Source: Oikopleura dioica
Lineage: Eukaryota; Animalia; Chordata
Length of the DNA: 64,000 bases
Reading direction: 5' to 3'
NCBI GenBank assembly: GCA_907165135.1
Contig: OU015568.1
Location: 13,144,001 to 13,208,000 of the forward strand
The notes beneath the pieces were generated by a model. That model searched no databases, was not told where the DNA came from, and saw only the letters and a list, made by a program, of their open reading frames with translations. The position numbers were made by a program, and so were the translations under genes. Below, piece by piece: positions 47,878 through 61,200 of this stretch. Every line of letters begins with the position of its first letter. The stretch's first letter is position 1.

Positions 47878-49569
47878 AATGGTCGTTCCTGGCCGTGGTA
47901 AAAGATTTTTCGTGGTGCTGGTCGGATTGTGTGGTCTATCCTTCTTCGTTTTCAATGTATGACCCTCTCATTTTCGCTTGAAATACAAAATGTCTTAGCT
48001 TATCGACAATGAAGGCCTGAGCTACAACTATCAAGAGCCCCTACTTGCAGATCTCAATGTTTACTGCAATCAACCAGATCAGCGAGTCACGGGCATGGAG
48101 GGGCATCTTAGCTCCAAGAACTTCGATCTCGTCGGTGCTACTATTTTCCTGCGACATGGCGAACGCACTCCCATGGGAACAGGTAGACTTACTCTCGGCG
48201 CGGCGAAAGCCGAAGCTCTACTTTCAAAGATTTTTGATCTGCGGTGTAAAATTGGATTTGCTCGTAATCTTTTGATTTTTCAGGCAACCTGAGCTGGAAA
48301 GAGTGCAACACGGGCGCCACGGTGAATCAGTTTATCTCGCGATATTGGAGTTGTTTACACCCCGTTGCGATCAGCCTTTTGCGAGGCCTTGCCAGAGACA
48401 ATAAAAAGTGCCAAAGTGCACAGCTGACCTTGAATGGAATCAAACAACATAAGAAACTTGGCCAATTTTTTAAATATCGATATGGGTAAGAGAAGAGAAA
48501 TGAAAGGTTGTTTAATTTTTCAGCTCGCTTTTCGGCCGAGATACGGAAATCATCTCCACCCAATACTCCAGAACAATCATGTCGCTACTTTCATTCTTGC
48601 TCGAGTTCAAACCAAAGTGGTGCCAAAATGAGAAGCCGCAATTTAATCTTACACGGGTGTCGCACAACTATCATTTCTCGAGGACGAACTGTGACTCTAT
48701 CGATTTGTTGATAAATAAGGCGCCGAAAATTGACAACAGTACTTGGACCATCGACTTGGCGTATATAAAAAATCTTTTTGAGAACCCAGAAAACAAAGCA
48801 GATGATTGGGACGGAAGGTAATCCTTTGATACTCTTCCTTGATTTCAATAGCTTTTTAGGAGAAATCCAGAGTCTGTTGCGGATTACGTTACCGCTAGAT
48901 ATTGCGTATCGAAACGACTTCCAAAAGTACTTACAGAGTTTAGTCATTAATTATCAAGTTTCCCTCTATAGCTTTGTATGGCCGACCATGGAATGAGTGA
49001 ACGAGAAGATACTTGCGTAACAATGGCAGACTATGAGAACTTCTTTTCCACGACGAATTCCCAATTCAAAAGCCGTGCAAATGACGTGAACTATCTCCGC
49101 TCACGCTATTTAGCCGCCTATCCCATGCTACTTGACTATGTTTTGCGCCCTATGAGAGAGTCTCGCTTAAAAATCCTTGCAGGTAAAGTGCCTTTTTTAG
49201 CCTTCGATTTATTATTTTAAAAGGACATGACATCGACTTAGAGGCTGTTCTTTCAACACTCGGGCATGTCCAAGGGGTCCACGTCCCCTACGCCTCGCGG
49301 CTCGTTATCGAGACCTGGAAGAGGCCCAAAATCCCACTCGCTTTTACCGAGTGTTACTAAATGGCCAAGTGCTGGCCATCCCCTCATCGCCTACTGCCGA
49401 GCACAACGCAAACGTCTTCGACAATCTAAAGCTTCTGCCTCACGCCGACTTCGAGGACTACATCTCGAACGTCCAAGAGAATCTTTTTTCGCACAAGGAC
49501 GCTTTCAGTCCCGAAGTTTATTCAAATTTATGTAGCCAAACCTATACTGAACAATTGCTAGAAATGTGA
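47878..49569 (+). CDS. Second histidine acid phosphatase, type II membrane
   Basis: N-terminal TM; IFLRHGERTPM; HD motif near 49225; multiple short introns. Confidence 0.7.
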
Positions 49570-49599
49570 TTTCTGAAAACCTACTTTATAAGTGCAATC

Positions 49600-50541
49600 T
49601 TGCCAAAATATATAATATATTCCATCATTCAGTTCAAAATCTACCCGCGAATTCTCACAAGTTTACTTCTTAGATGGTTCGTCGTGGCGGTGGTGGACCA
49701 CCTAACCCAGGAGGTTGGCAGACTCCGCCTGGAATGGTTTGATCCACGCATCTTTCAGTATTCATATCAAAGCTTTCAGAATCCCGAATTTGGCGGGGGC
49801 CGACCACAAGCACAATCAAAAGGTCTTCTTGGTGGGATTGTTGGCAGCGCCATTCTTCCGCTTTATCTTGTCATCGTTTTTGCATACGCTCTTTATGTTT
49901 TCTTCAAGGGTATGAACTTTCATAATTTTTGTGAGAAAATCCCATCTTTAGCCAGGAACAAAGACGCCGACGGCTCATCAAAAACATCCGACAGAAAGAA
50001 AGAAATCGATGATCTTCGAGCCCGGCTTGATAGAACTGAAAAGGCGCTGAACAAGCTCGTCCAGGCGACAGAAACGCTTCAGAAAGCCATTCCCGAAGAA
50101 GAAATGAAAAAGATCTTTGAGGACTTTTGCCTTGACAACAAGCAAGCTGTTGAAGACATTTCTGCTCAGTCTGAATCTACTCAAGAAACTTCAGAGGAAA
50201 TCTCCAGTTCGGCAAACGACGATGCTACTGCTTCGGATGAGATTTCTGAATCACTGGACGCAGAAGAATCTCAGTCACTATCGGCATCCAATTCAGCACC
50301 TACTGATAGCGAGATCAAGCACGAACTGTTGTCCGAAGAAACATTCGACGACGATTCTGAGGAGGTCTCGGAGCCCGAAAAAATTTCCGACGAGATCGAA
50401 GAGCTTTCCGAAGAAAAACTGTCCGAAGATGAGGTCCAGGTCATCAATATCGACGATAAAAACGAGGACAGTGATGACATGTCGGAAAATCCGAATTTGC
50501 GTCAGCGCATAGTCAAATCGAATGAATCATCCAATGAATAA
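49600..50541 (+). CDS. RIC3: RIC-3 nicotinic receptor chaperone-like (start uncertain)
   Basis: GLLGGIVGSAILPLYLVIVFAYALYVFFK TM segment, coiled coil IDDLRARLDRTEKALNKLV, acidic tail. Confidence 0.65.
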   Translation: MPKYIIYSIIQFKIYPRILTSLLLRWFVVAVVDHLTQEVGRLRLEWFDPRIFQYSYQSFQNPEFGGGRPQAQSKGLLGGIVGSAILPLYLVIVFAYALYVFFKGMNFHNFCEKIPSLARNKDADGSSKTSDRKKEIDDLRARLDRTEKALNKLVQATETLQKAIPEEEMKKIFEDFCLDNKQAVEDISAQSESTQETSEEISSSANDDATASDEISESLDAEESQSLSASNSAPTDSEIKHELLSEETFDDDSEEVSEPEKISDEIEELSEEKLSEDEVQVINIDDKNEDSDDMSENPNLRQRIVKSNESSNE

Positions 50542-50862
50542 AGCTGTCTTTACCTATTCACAGTCTTTCTTGTCTACTTCTATTGACTTTTTACTTGTAT
50601 TTTTCCCAAAACTCGACTGAATTCCAGATTTTTTGTCCGAAATGATTATTTACCCGAAAAATGTGAGTAAATTTATCTTCAGCATACCTCTATTTTATAT
50701 TTTGCATCTTTTACTTCAAAAGCCTTTCCAAATACCTACCTTCAAAATCTTCCATGATTTCTAAAATCGTTGCGTTCGAGAAACTGACTAAAACTTTTAT
50801 TTGTTGTATTTACTAATAATATAAGCTAGGATTTAACTTTGAGCAATAATTATTTATAAAAG

Positions 50863-52662
50863 ATGGATTCTGAAGAAAGCCCAATCGAAACAGAACAGGC
50901 GCCAGTTGTTCCAGTTCCCGCGCCTGTTCCAGTTACAGCCGTGCCAGAACTTGACGATGTAAGTCTCTCTGTTCCAACAGATCCTGTTGGCGAAGAAGCT
51001 GAAGCCGAGAAAGAAAATGTCGCTGAAAACGGAGACGAAAGAGATGAAAATGTATCAAAGATTTTAAACAGGAATTACTATCAGATTGCGCATGATCTTC
51101 AGCAGCATGATGGAAGTGGTGGTAAATCACACTTCGATGAAAATGTTTTACCTCTTTCCTTAGATACTGGAGGTAACGGATCACTTCTACCGGAGGATGA
51201 AGATCCACTTGACGCATCTTCCTCTAAAAAGACCACCGATCATATAAATACAGAGGAAGAAGAGCATCTTGACGCAGTCGGTGGACCACTAGAAGTCGTT
51301 GTTGCGAATCCCGAGAAAACGCAAACCCCCATGGAGTCATTCATCACGTATGAGGTGAAAACGGAAACTGCCAGGTTGGAATACGCCGCGTCGAGTTTAT
51401 GTATTCGTCGGCGATTTCAGGATTTTATTTGGCTCAAGGTAAAATGACATCCTTGAAGAAGCGCCCTATAAAATAAATCAGGAGAAACTCGAGACACATC
51501 ACCCTGGTTGTCTTATTCCTCCACTCCCATCAAAACAGCATATGAAAGGCATTCTCGATAAATTCTCAGTCGAGTTTGTCCGGAAACGATGCATTCAACT
51601 CAACGCGTTTGTACGCCGGGTCTCTGCTCATCCAAAACTTACTCGTTCCAAATTCTTGCGAAAGTTCCTTACTCTTCCGAGCAGCGATTTCACGCTCGTT
51701 CGGAAAAGGTAAGATTATAATTGAATTATAACTCTCATCAAAAATAGCGAATCGTCCGGATTTGCATCTAAACTAACAAACATGACGAAGCTCATTTCAC
51801 CAATGACCATCAAGCCCAAATGGACAGCTGAAAGCGAAACACAAGAAAAGCTCCAGCACAGAATGGAGGGCCTCGAGCGCAACACAGAAGTCCTCGGAAA
51901 TATTGCCCAGAAACATATCGACTACTATGACTTGCTACTGCCGAGCATTATCAATTGGGAGAAGAGCGAGACTAAGGAAGATCTTTGCAACTCATTAAGG
52001 TACTCTTCCTTGTTTTCAAATCGCAAAATTTTCAGTAAATTTCGCGTTGCAACTGCTGGATCAAAGGAATGCGCAGAGACTCTTCACTCGAAGCTTGCTG
52101 AAAACATCCAGCCAGTATTTACTGAATATGGTCGCTACTCAGATTCTGTAAAAAGACTTCTGAAGAGAAGAGATGCTTCTCAAGCTGAAGTTGAAGATTT
52201 CCAGGAAACAATCAGTTCAAAAAAGGTATGCAAAGAAAAACATATTTTTCTATGATTTCAAAGGCCGACGAAAACGCAACGCGTCTTGGAAAATTCACAA
52301 TCGCAGGGATGTTGAGTGGCAATAGCGAAAGCCAGCGACAAGAAAGAATCTCGAAGCTTCAGGTCGAAATAAAAGAGTTCGAAGCCGCGGAGAAATGCGC
52401 AGCAAAGAATCTTGAAGCTTTGGAAGAGGAGGCGAAGGATGAGATCTTGGTAAATAATTGATCGATGAACTTTCTTTTTATGATGATTTCAGAAATATAA
52501 CCAGCAGCGCGCGTGACTTGGCAGATGTTTTCAGTAAATTTGCTCAGTATCAGGTAAAGGAAGTCCATAAGTAGCCATAATAACCATTTGTATCAGGCTT
52601 CGTACTATGAAGATATGGCAAAAACCTGGCGGGCTGGAACCTCGACAGATCTAGGGGAATAA
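50863..52662 (+). CDS. PX-BAR sorting nexin, SNX7/SNX30 family
   Basis: NPEKTQTPMESFITYEVKT...RRRFQDFIWLK; LIPPLPSK; C-terminal BAR-like helices. Confidence 0.85.
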
Positions 52663-52954
52663 TTTTCAATTATCACTCTTTCCCAGCAGTTCCATTTTCT
52701 TACTGTTCTACACACGAGTTCTACTTTCCTTCAAATAAATATTGTGCAATAGAGACTATCATCTAATAAATATAAATAAAACCAATCGTACTGATTCGAA
52801 AACGATCTTGCATTAAAAAACTTCTGGAGTATTCCATGTATGTTACGTAACAGGTGCAAAATACCTTTGAATCTTAATTGATTTTTGCAGTGACAGAGAA
52901 TAGATAGCAGGTAATAAGGTTTAAAATCGACTAGCAGACTAGCAGAGAGAGCAT

Positions 52955-54368
52955 GTGCATAGAAAACATCATCTAAGGGACAATTTTCAGAATGATTTGC
53001 TCACGACTTTGCGGAGCTGGAAGGAGTTTTGTTCAACGACCGATTTTGAAAATCACAATTCGTCAGGGATGAGGGTTGAATTCAAGCTAATGATGCGGAA
53101 ACCTTATTGTTTTATAACCCACAATGAGACGAGTCAAAGTGCGGCAGTTCGAGAGACCCCAAAAAGCGTAGCGTACTGGCTTTATGGGATTGCCGGAGCG
53201 ACCATCGTTGCTGTCAGTCTTGGCGGCATCACGCGGCTGACAGAATCCGGCCTTTCTATGACAAGCTGGCATCTGATTAAAGACATCACGTGTCCAACGT
53301 CAGAAGAAGAGTGGCAACAAGAATTTGAAAGATACAAGACATTTCCTGAATACGAAGCTGTCCATTCTGATCTTACTCTTGATGGATTCAAGTTTATTTA
53401 TTACATGGAATGGGGCCATAGAAACTGGGGCCGCTCTATTGGCGTCATGTTCCTTCTCCCATTTCTAGGATTCGCAGCTTCGAAGGTTGGATTGCTCCTT
53501 TTCTATAGATTTACTCATTGTATTTTTAAAGAAATTGTCGCCCCAAGTTTTCAAACGTACTCTCGGTCTGGGATGTTTGCTTGGATTTCAAGGCGGGCTT
53601 GGATGGTACATGGTGAAATCTGGTTTAGAAACGCCTCAAGATCCCAACGGCCCGGTTCGAGTGAGTCCGTATCGGCTATGCGCGCATTTGGGCACAGCAT
53701 TCACCTTTTTCGTTGGCAGCTTGTGGACCGCGCTCGACATTTCATTTCACAATCGCGGACAGCCTACAGCACTTCCCGATCATCGGTGAGCGGTTTTTAT
53801 ATTCTCGAGCGCCTTATATTTTATTTTAGCTTGACAAATGTCCTCAAGAAGAAATCAATTGCCCTAGCAGCGTTTACTTTCTTTGTTGCAATGTCGGGCG
53901 CTTTCGTTGCTGGTAACGACGCTGGTATGGTGTATGGAACTTATCCCAAAATGGGCAATGATTGGATTCCTTCTGATTACTGGGATAAGCAGCTCAGCAA
54001 AGTCCGGAATATGTTCGAAAACTCGACTGCCGTGCAGTTCAACCACAGGACTTTCGCTCATCTTCTCATTTTGGGAGTGACATCGTGCTGGTTTATGGGA
54101 CGAAAAGGTATCCTTTTCTGTTTTTGATTTTCATTCTAGCTCCATTTTAGCTGGGCTAATTGGACGACCAATGATGTTTTTAAACGCTGCCATGGCCTTA
54201 GTTTACCTGCAAGCATGTATGGGCATTGGCTGTCTTTTATACGAGGTGCCAGTTCCACTCGGGGCGGCGCATCAGCTCGGCTCTGTTTTTCTTCTCGGTT
54301 CGATGGTTGCATTTTCACACGAAATGCGCCGCGGCCGCATCCTCCAAGCTGTAAAAAAGATGGCCTAA
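52955..54368 (+). CDS. COX15: Heme A synthase COX15 (start uncertain)
   Basis: LGGITRLTESGLSMTSW, YMEWGHRNWGRSIG, VSPYRLCAHL, VQFNHR, PLGAAHQ. Confidence 0.92.
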
Positions 54369-54507
54369 TAAACTCTTTCCAAATTTCCGTTCAACCCTTC
54401 GTGTTTTATTGTTCTGCATTCATTGACTTCTAATGAGTTATTACCGCAATCATAAAACCTTATTAAAACCAACGGTTTTCCCCCTTGATTCTACAGAAGG
54501 ATAAAAA

Positions 54508-54819
54508 ATGACATTTTTGATTTTTGTCAGCATTTTGCTGGTGAATTTGACAGAGGGAAGTGTGCTACTCAATACCAAAGATCGCGTTCTTGGCTCGCGA
54601 CAAGACATCTTCAACAAGAATTTGCTGAAATGGATTGGTATCATTTTGGGTGTTGTCCTGGCCTTCGTCATTGCAGCTGCCTGCTTGTATCAGCGTAAGA
54701 GGGCGGCCGTGAATCCACTTGAAGCTCTGAAATCTCGACAATCAAAAGACAGTACCAAGCACTTTGACGTCAACAAAGGAAAGGTCACTGATAAGATTCT
54801 GTACTTACGCGCAAATTAG
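54508..54819 (+). CDS. Small single-pass membrane protein (signal peptide + TM), partial
   Basis: MTFLIFVSILLVNLTEG...WIGIILGVVLAFVIAAACLYQRKR. Confidence 0.35.
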   Translation: MTFLIFVSILLVNLTEGSVLLNTKDRVLGSRQDIFNKNLLKWIGIILGVVLAFVIAAACLYQRKRAAVNPLEALKSRQSKDSTKHFDVNKGKVTDKILYLRAN

Positions 54820-56702
54820 TTAATATTTAAGCTCCTAAAAGATCAATAGTCCGCTAAAAATGGTTTAATTGATCATTTTTTTAATTAATGACCGAGTCTG
54901 AGTTCAAGCCAGAATCACCAGATTCGATACTCGATATAAATCTTTAATCCCAGACTAAACTGGTTCTGTTCTATGTTCAATTAGTGACCAAAATCTGAAG
55001 CGATCAGGGCTCACGATGCGAGAATGGCGACGCTCGGCCGCAAATACGGCGATGATGGTCATCTTATTTCTGTTTGAGTTTTCCGTGTATTGAGATCCCG
55101 TCAAATACAAAGACTGAAGTATAAATATCGTCATTTTTAATTAAGGATAAACTAGTGATAGTTCAAAAAAGCGAGCGGAGGGAGTCGTTTATTAATTCAT
55201 ATGCGTATGATATGATTCCGAGCATTGTCTACGATATCAACTCGTTTTTTAGGTTTGTGTCGTTGACAACCCTCCGCTTGCGCTGCACTGGCAGACGCGC
55301 CAGCCGCTGAGGAAAATCGCCAAGCAAAGGGTCTGACAAAAGGCTACTGTATCAAAAGCCAGGCGGCTTAGTTAAGAAAAATAATAGAAGAAAAGACAGT
55401 ATTTATAAAAGAAAACAGAGAGCCTTGATACGTCGTCGTGATTGTAAGTAGAGAGGCGAGTTTTTAATATGTTAAATGTTATCTAGTAATTGGATAACTT
55501 AATTATTGAGGGTCAGCGGTGCATATGTTTTGCCATTTTATGTCAACCGCGTTTTTCTTATTTGCGCTTGCTTAGTATGTTCGGTTTTCCCGCTGCTCAG
55601 CATTTGCTCAAAGTCATTAACATTTTTGCATATCTCCTGTGATCCGTGTATGCTGCTTGTTCGGGCACACACACAACAGCGCGCACAGCCGAATTCTGAA
55701 AATTTCAAAGAGCGCGTTACATTGAGTATATTTTTCGTTCTACAATTTTTATTTACTGGAGAGATAGAGCGAGCCCAGAGATGTCAGGCAAAGAACTTTC
55801 GTCAGCAGGTCGGATACTAATTGGAAAGGATATCATTTTTGATGTCCAGTTGACATTTTTGCTCGAGTAAGGAAAAAAGGGCGCGTTTTTTATCTCAAAG
55901 TCCCAGGAGGAAAGAACGGGAGGCCAGATCTGATCTAAGGCCCTCAGAAGAGAGCCCGGCGCGCTTCTCGCTCCTTTTTGAGGATTTATTTTGAATGGAA
56001 CACAATAGGCTGTGAGCGGGGTTAACTAGAGACTTTAGAAATTCTGAAGCTTTACCAGCTGAGGTGCGGATACAACGAAATGGCGGATACAGGAAGGGTT
56101 GAAATTAAAATTGCAAATTGTGTTTTTTGTTGCTTGTCGATTATTTTTCGTCAAAATTTGATCATAATTAATAAAAACTAAACCCATTCGGTAGCAACAG
56201 CTGATGTCTCCGTGAGTTCCCGACGCCGCTCGTCTGGCGGCCTTCGTCGAAATGCCTCTCACGACATCACTGATCAAATAACAGACAAGAAACTTTTAGA
56301 CTTAAAAAAGGTAACTTACGAGTTCAAAAAGAGGATTGATAATTATTGATCCGGGAAAATGGAAAGGACTCCTGGAAGTCATTGACTGATCGATTTCCTT
56401 TTCAGGTTGCTTCTGACGAATCCTCGTTTACTGAGGAAGGTGCCACTTCAGATGGAGAAAAAACTGAGTCCGCTGATAGAGAAAGTGAGGATGCGGCTAC
56501 GAGCAGTGCTTCGAAATAGATTGACAGACTGCACTTGATAGACTCTGTTTGCTTCCATACTGTATAAATCTGATAATGCTCAACAATTTTACAAAATAAA
56601 GTTTCTTAACAAACATTGAGTGACACTTCTGCAAGGGCGTTCTTAAAATTAAATGCATCAATGAAATCAAGGAAGAATAAGAAGTCAAATATTCTTGTCT
56701 AG

Positions 56703-57986
56703 ATGGAAAATCGAGGATCGACAAAAGTGGGTCGATATGAGAAGCTGGAAAAGATTGGAGAGGGTACATACGGAACAGTTTTCCGCGGGCGTGACCGAGA
56801 CGGCAGTGATGTTGCTCTCAAGAGAATCAAATTAGACGATGACGAGGAAGGCGTTCCATCATCAGCGCTGCGTGAAATCTGCTTGCTCCGCGAACTGAGG
56901 TTCCAATTTCTGTCCGATTAAAGACAAGTTATTTTCTTAGGCATAAGAACGTGGTCCGACTTCTTGACGTTCTACACACGGATAAAAAATTAACACTCGT
57001 TTTCGAGTACTGCTCTGTCGACCTCAAGATCGTATGGTTGAAAATAGAGGAGAGTCTTTGCCAAATAAAAACAAGATAATATTTTCAATTTGCAATTGAC
57101 GATAAAAATATGACCTGCGACCCGTCCTGAGAACATACTGAGCTAGACAGACGTCATTTTGAGGAGCTAATCTAATTTCTAAGACGCGGCCGGCGTTCTG
57201 TCCGAAACTGCTCATAAATCTTTCTTGGGAATATCTAAATGAACTCTTTTCAACCCAAAAACAGCGTTATTTTGAAATCAAGGGAAAGCTTCATGCACCT
57301 GAAGTGTCCGCGCTCTTCTATCAACTTCTCAAAGGACTTTCTTATTGTCATGCAAAGTCCGTTTTACATCGTGATTTGAAGCCGCAAAATCTACTTATTC
57401 ACGAAGGAGTTCTCAAGCTTGCTGATTTTGGCTTAGCAAGGTCAGCAAAATACGATCCACCTCAGTCTTCCTAGCGCGATTTCTCTTAATAAAACTTCTA
57501 GAGCCGTCGGCCTTCCAGTTCGACAATACAGTAATGAAGTCGTGACGCTGTGGTACAGGCCGCCAGATGTTTTGATGGGCGCGCGCGTGTATACTTTTAC
57601 TGTAGATTCGTGGTCGGCTGGGTGCATTTTCGCGGAAATTGCGAACTCAGGCACACCGCTCTTTCCCGGTCAAGACATCGAGGTAATCCATTAATAAACT
57701 ACGCAAGCTCAACCTTCAGGACCAATTGAGAATCATCTTCCGTCTGGTTGGCACCCCTACAGACACCGAATGGCCAACAATGCGTCGTCTTCCCGATTAT
57801 CGTCCCTTCCCCCGTTTCCCTGCCCAGACGAATTGGGCCGAGCATGTTCCAACTCTCTCCGATGCAGGCATTGATCTTCTGAAAAAGATGCTCATGCCGA
57901 ATCCGCAAAGTCGTCTGAACGCTGACCAAGCACTAATGCATCAGTATTTCACAATGTTAAATGGAAACAGCAGGACGCTTTTATAA
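56703..57986 (+). CDS. CDK5: Cyclin-dependent kinase 5
   Basis: [50 protein letters not shown]. Confidence 0.93.
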
Positions 57987-58269
57987 AAAAAAACAGATGC
58001 TTCTTCGTACCTAGTCCAAATTTTCCATATTTCTCAATCAAAAAACAAAGTACAAAACCAAGAACAAAGTTATTTTTTCATCTTAAACCTTACTGTGCTT
58101 TCCTTTACTTCAAATGCGTTTTCACTTTGAATGTGTATATTTTTCTACAAGCCCGTTAGAATGTCTTCATCCTTTCAAATGTCTACTGTTGCTACACTTC
58201 GAGCTAAAGTTATGTCGCAAACTTATTTATCGATATTCAAGTTCTTTTTCATTTAGAAAGAGTATCAAA

Positions 58270-61200
58270 ATGGATCAAGCAGCGGTAGAGCAGCTTGTAA
58301 TGATGGGATTTCCAGTCAATGCCTCCCGAAGAGCCCTCTTCAACTCGGCAAATAACGTCGAGATGGCCATGGATTGGCTTTGCACACACATTGATGACCC
58401 AGACTACAACGCTGAGTTCACGCCTCCGGAACCAGTGCAGTCGAATGTGCCACAGAAGCCATCTGCAAGTGACTTGGAAGGATTGTCAGATGAATTCAAA
58501 GTGTTTAAGGATCTCATTTCTGGAATCAACTGTCCCTCGCAGAATGATAAAATTTTCAAAGAAGAATGTATCGTTACCTGTGATAGTTGTTTCTCAGAAA
58601 AGGTTTAGAAATGCTCTCTATATACCTCTCTATATAAAGAAACATCATTTTATCAAATATATTTATTCTTCAATAGACTATGAAAACCAATCTAAGAATT
58701 CTAGGGTCTTTTCGTTTGCCTCAAAACCTTCAAATCATTCGGCTACAAGATCATTCCAGACTACGTTTCTAAAACTGGGAACAAAGTGTTTCTCAACATC
58801 AAGAAATCCAGATTAACAAAGTCTCCAGAAGAGGAGCCAGAAGCGAAACGACTTGCAATTGGTGGTGAAGATGGGTTCAAGCCCGACGTTTTGCCGTGGA
58901 AAGAGACGCAGACAGAGGAGATTTATGTCCATCCTGATCAATACTTTCCTGTCGAGTCTCTACCGATCGAATACGTCAAGAGAGTAGCTCAGGTCTGTCA
59001 TCGTTAATCTTACTGTTTCTTATACAGTTATTATTCGATTTTAACATTTTATTCAGGCAATTCTTGACTCAACTTCCGCCGAATTCAAAGCAGAAGTGGC
59101 TGCCTGGAAACCCGATCCTCCCAAAAAATCTATCCACGCAGACAACCTCATCCAACTCGACAACGGAGTCAAAATCCCTTCCGACCCTTCAAAATGGAAA
59201 TGCTGTAAATGCGAGCTCACAGAAAACTTGTGGCTCAATCTTTCCGATGGATCTCTCCTGTGTGGAAGAAAGAATTGGGATGGATCCGGGGGAAATGGGC
59301 ACGCTCTCGAGCATTTTAACGAGACAAAATATCCATTGTGTGTGAAGCTAGGCACGATTACTTCAGAAGGAGGAGATGTATTTAGCTACGCAGAAGATGA
59401 TATGGTCACTGATCCACATTTAGCGAAACATCTCAGGTACGTTTTTGAATTTTGAATTTATCAGGAAGTATCGGAAGGAATATCGCTTTTTTCAAATAAA
59501 CTCCTTTGATACTTCTGTACTTTTCCTGTTTCCCACTTTTGATGTCGGCTCATCAGCTGCGCCCAATCTAGAATTTTACTGATCGCAGGGGGAGTCATTT
59601 CCTTAGAAGACAAAAGTGATGCGATCAGCATCATCAGCTGTACTCGTGGAACACAAGTGATTTTCCGTCACAGCTGGGCTTCATTACATGACTATCACTC
59701 TAGCGCCGAAGGGATTGAAATATAAATATCCTTCCTGTGAACCCAACATCATTACAATTTCGAGAACAACTCGATAATTCCACTTCGACAACAACGAATT
59801 AACAACTAGTGAAAAAATGACCTTTGAAGCCGTCTACCTCGATCGCAACAACTACCGTGTCTACAGACCAAAAGCGGAAGTGAAACTTGAGTATTTCATC
59901 CCTCTCATCATCATCGCTGCTGCCATGCTGATACTGGCGATCCACATCCTCATCGTCCGAATCCGCGCTAGCTACAAAGAAAACGAAACGAATAGAGAAG
60001 GGGGACTCCCAGCGTATTGGGACACGATCGTCCCGCCACCCACTGAAGAATCGATCACCGAACGCTTTACCGTAACTGCCAACCCGCCAGCTTATGAAAT
60101 CGCCGTACAAGACGATGTCCTACCTGAGTATGAAACTGTAGCAAAGAAGAATGACGAAGGCGTCGAAAACCCAGCCTTCACTATGGATCCTCCTCCCTAC
60201 TCACAAGAGCCTGTTATTTGTACTCAGTTTACTACTATCTTCTAATTCTAAGTTTCTTTTTAGAATTCTTTCTTTCACATTCCTGTCAATATATTCACTC
60301 AATCAAATTCTAGTCTCTTTTTATCAGTCGGAATATTTGCAATCATAGAGAGAACTATCTCTTACTTTCACTCTAGCCATTGGGGAATTGATGTTGCAAG
60401 CTCAAAGAAAACAGAAATGTCGATGGCCGAGATGGAACTGGAAATGAACAAGAAGGTCGGCTCTGAATATGCAGCCATCGTTGAAAGCGGTCAAGAACTC
60501 GAGCCACTCTTCGGCGCTTTCCACACTGGAATCAAAAATTTGGGAAACACTTGCTACATTGGCTCCATTCTTCAAGCATTATTTGCACTGCCATACTTTC
60601 GCGAAAATTTCCATCAGCCAGCGGAATACGACGCGAATTGCCATGAGAACTTTTGGAAGCAGTTTCAACGAGTCGGACATGCCCTTTGCTCGGGAGACTA
60701 TGCTCGGCCTATAATCGCTAAAGGTTTCTTTATCATTTCAATTTGTTTATTGAATTGTACTTAGACGCCTCTGGAACAGCGATTCCACAAGGATCAGAGC
60801 AGGAAGGCATTTCGCCTGGTCTTTTCAAATCTATTGTATCCAAAGGCCACGCAGATTTTCAAACGAACCAGCAACAGGACGCGGTCGAATTCCTCCTCCA
60901 TCTGCTCGATGTGATCATGAAAGAAGCGAAGAAAGAAAAGCGAGAGAATGCTTCAGCAAATTTCGGATTTGAATTGGAAGAAAGAGTCGAGATCGGTCAA
61001 TCGGTGCAATATAAAATCACCCATGAGTTGATGCTGGGGTTGCCTGTTGATGAAAATGATATCGAAAACAAAGAACAGGTCAAAGGTGAGCTTGACCTCT
61101 GTTTAATCTCATAATAAATCCATTGCCTCTAGAATACGAGCAAAAGCTCGAAGAAGCTCGTGCGGCGAAGCAAGCAGATCCCGAAGTTGTCCGCGGAGTC

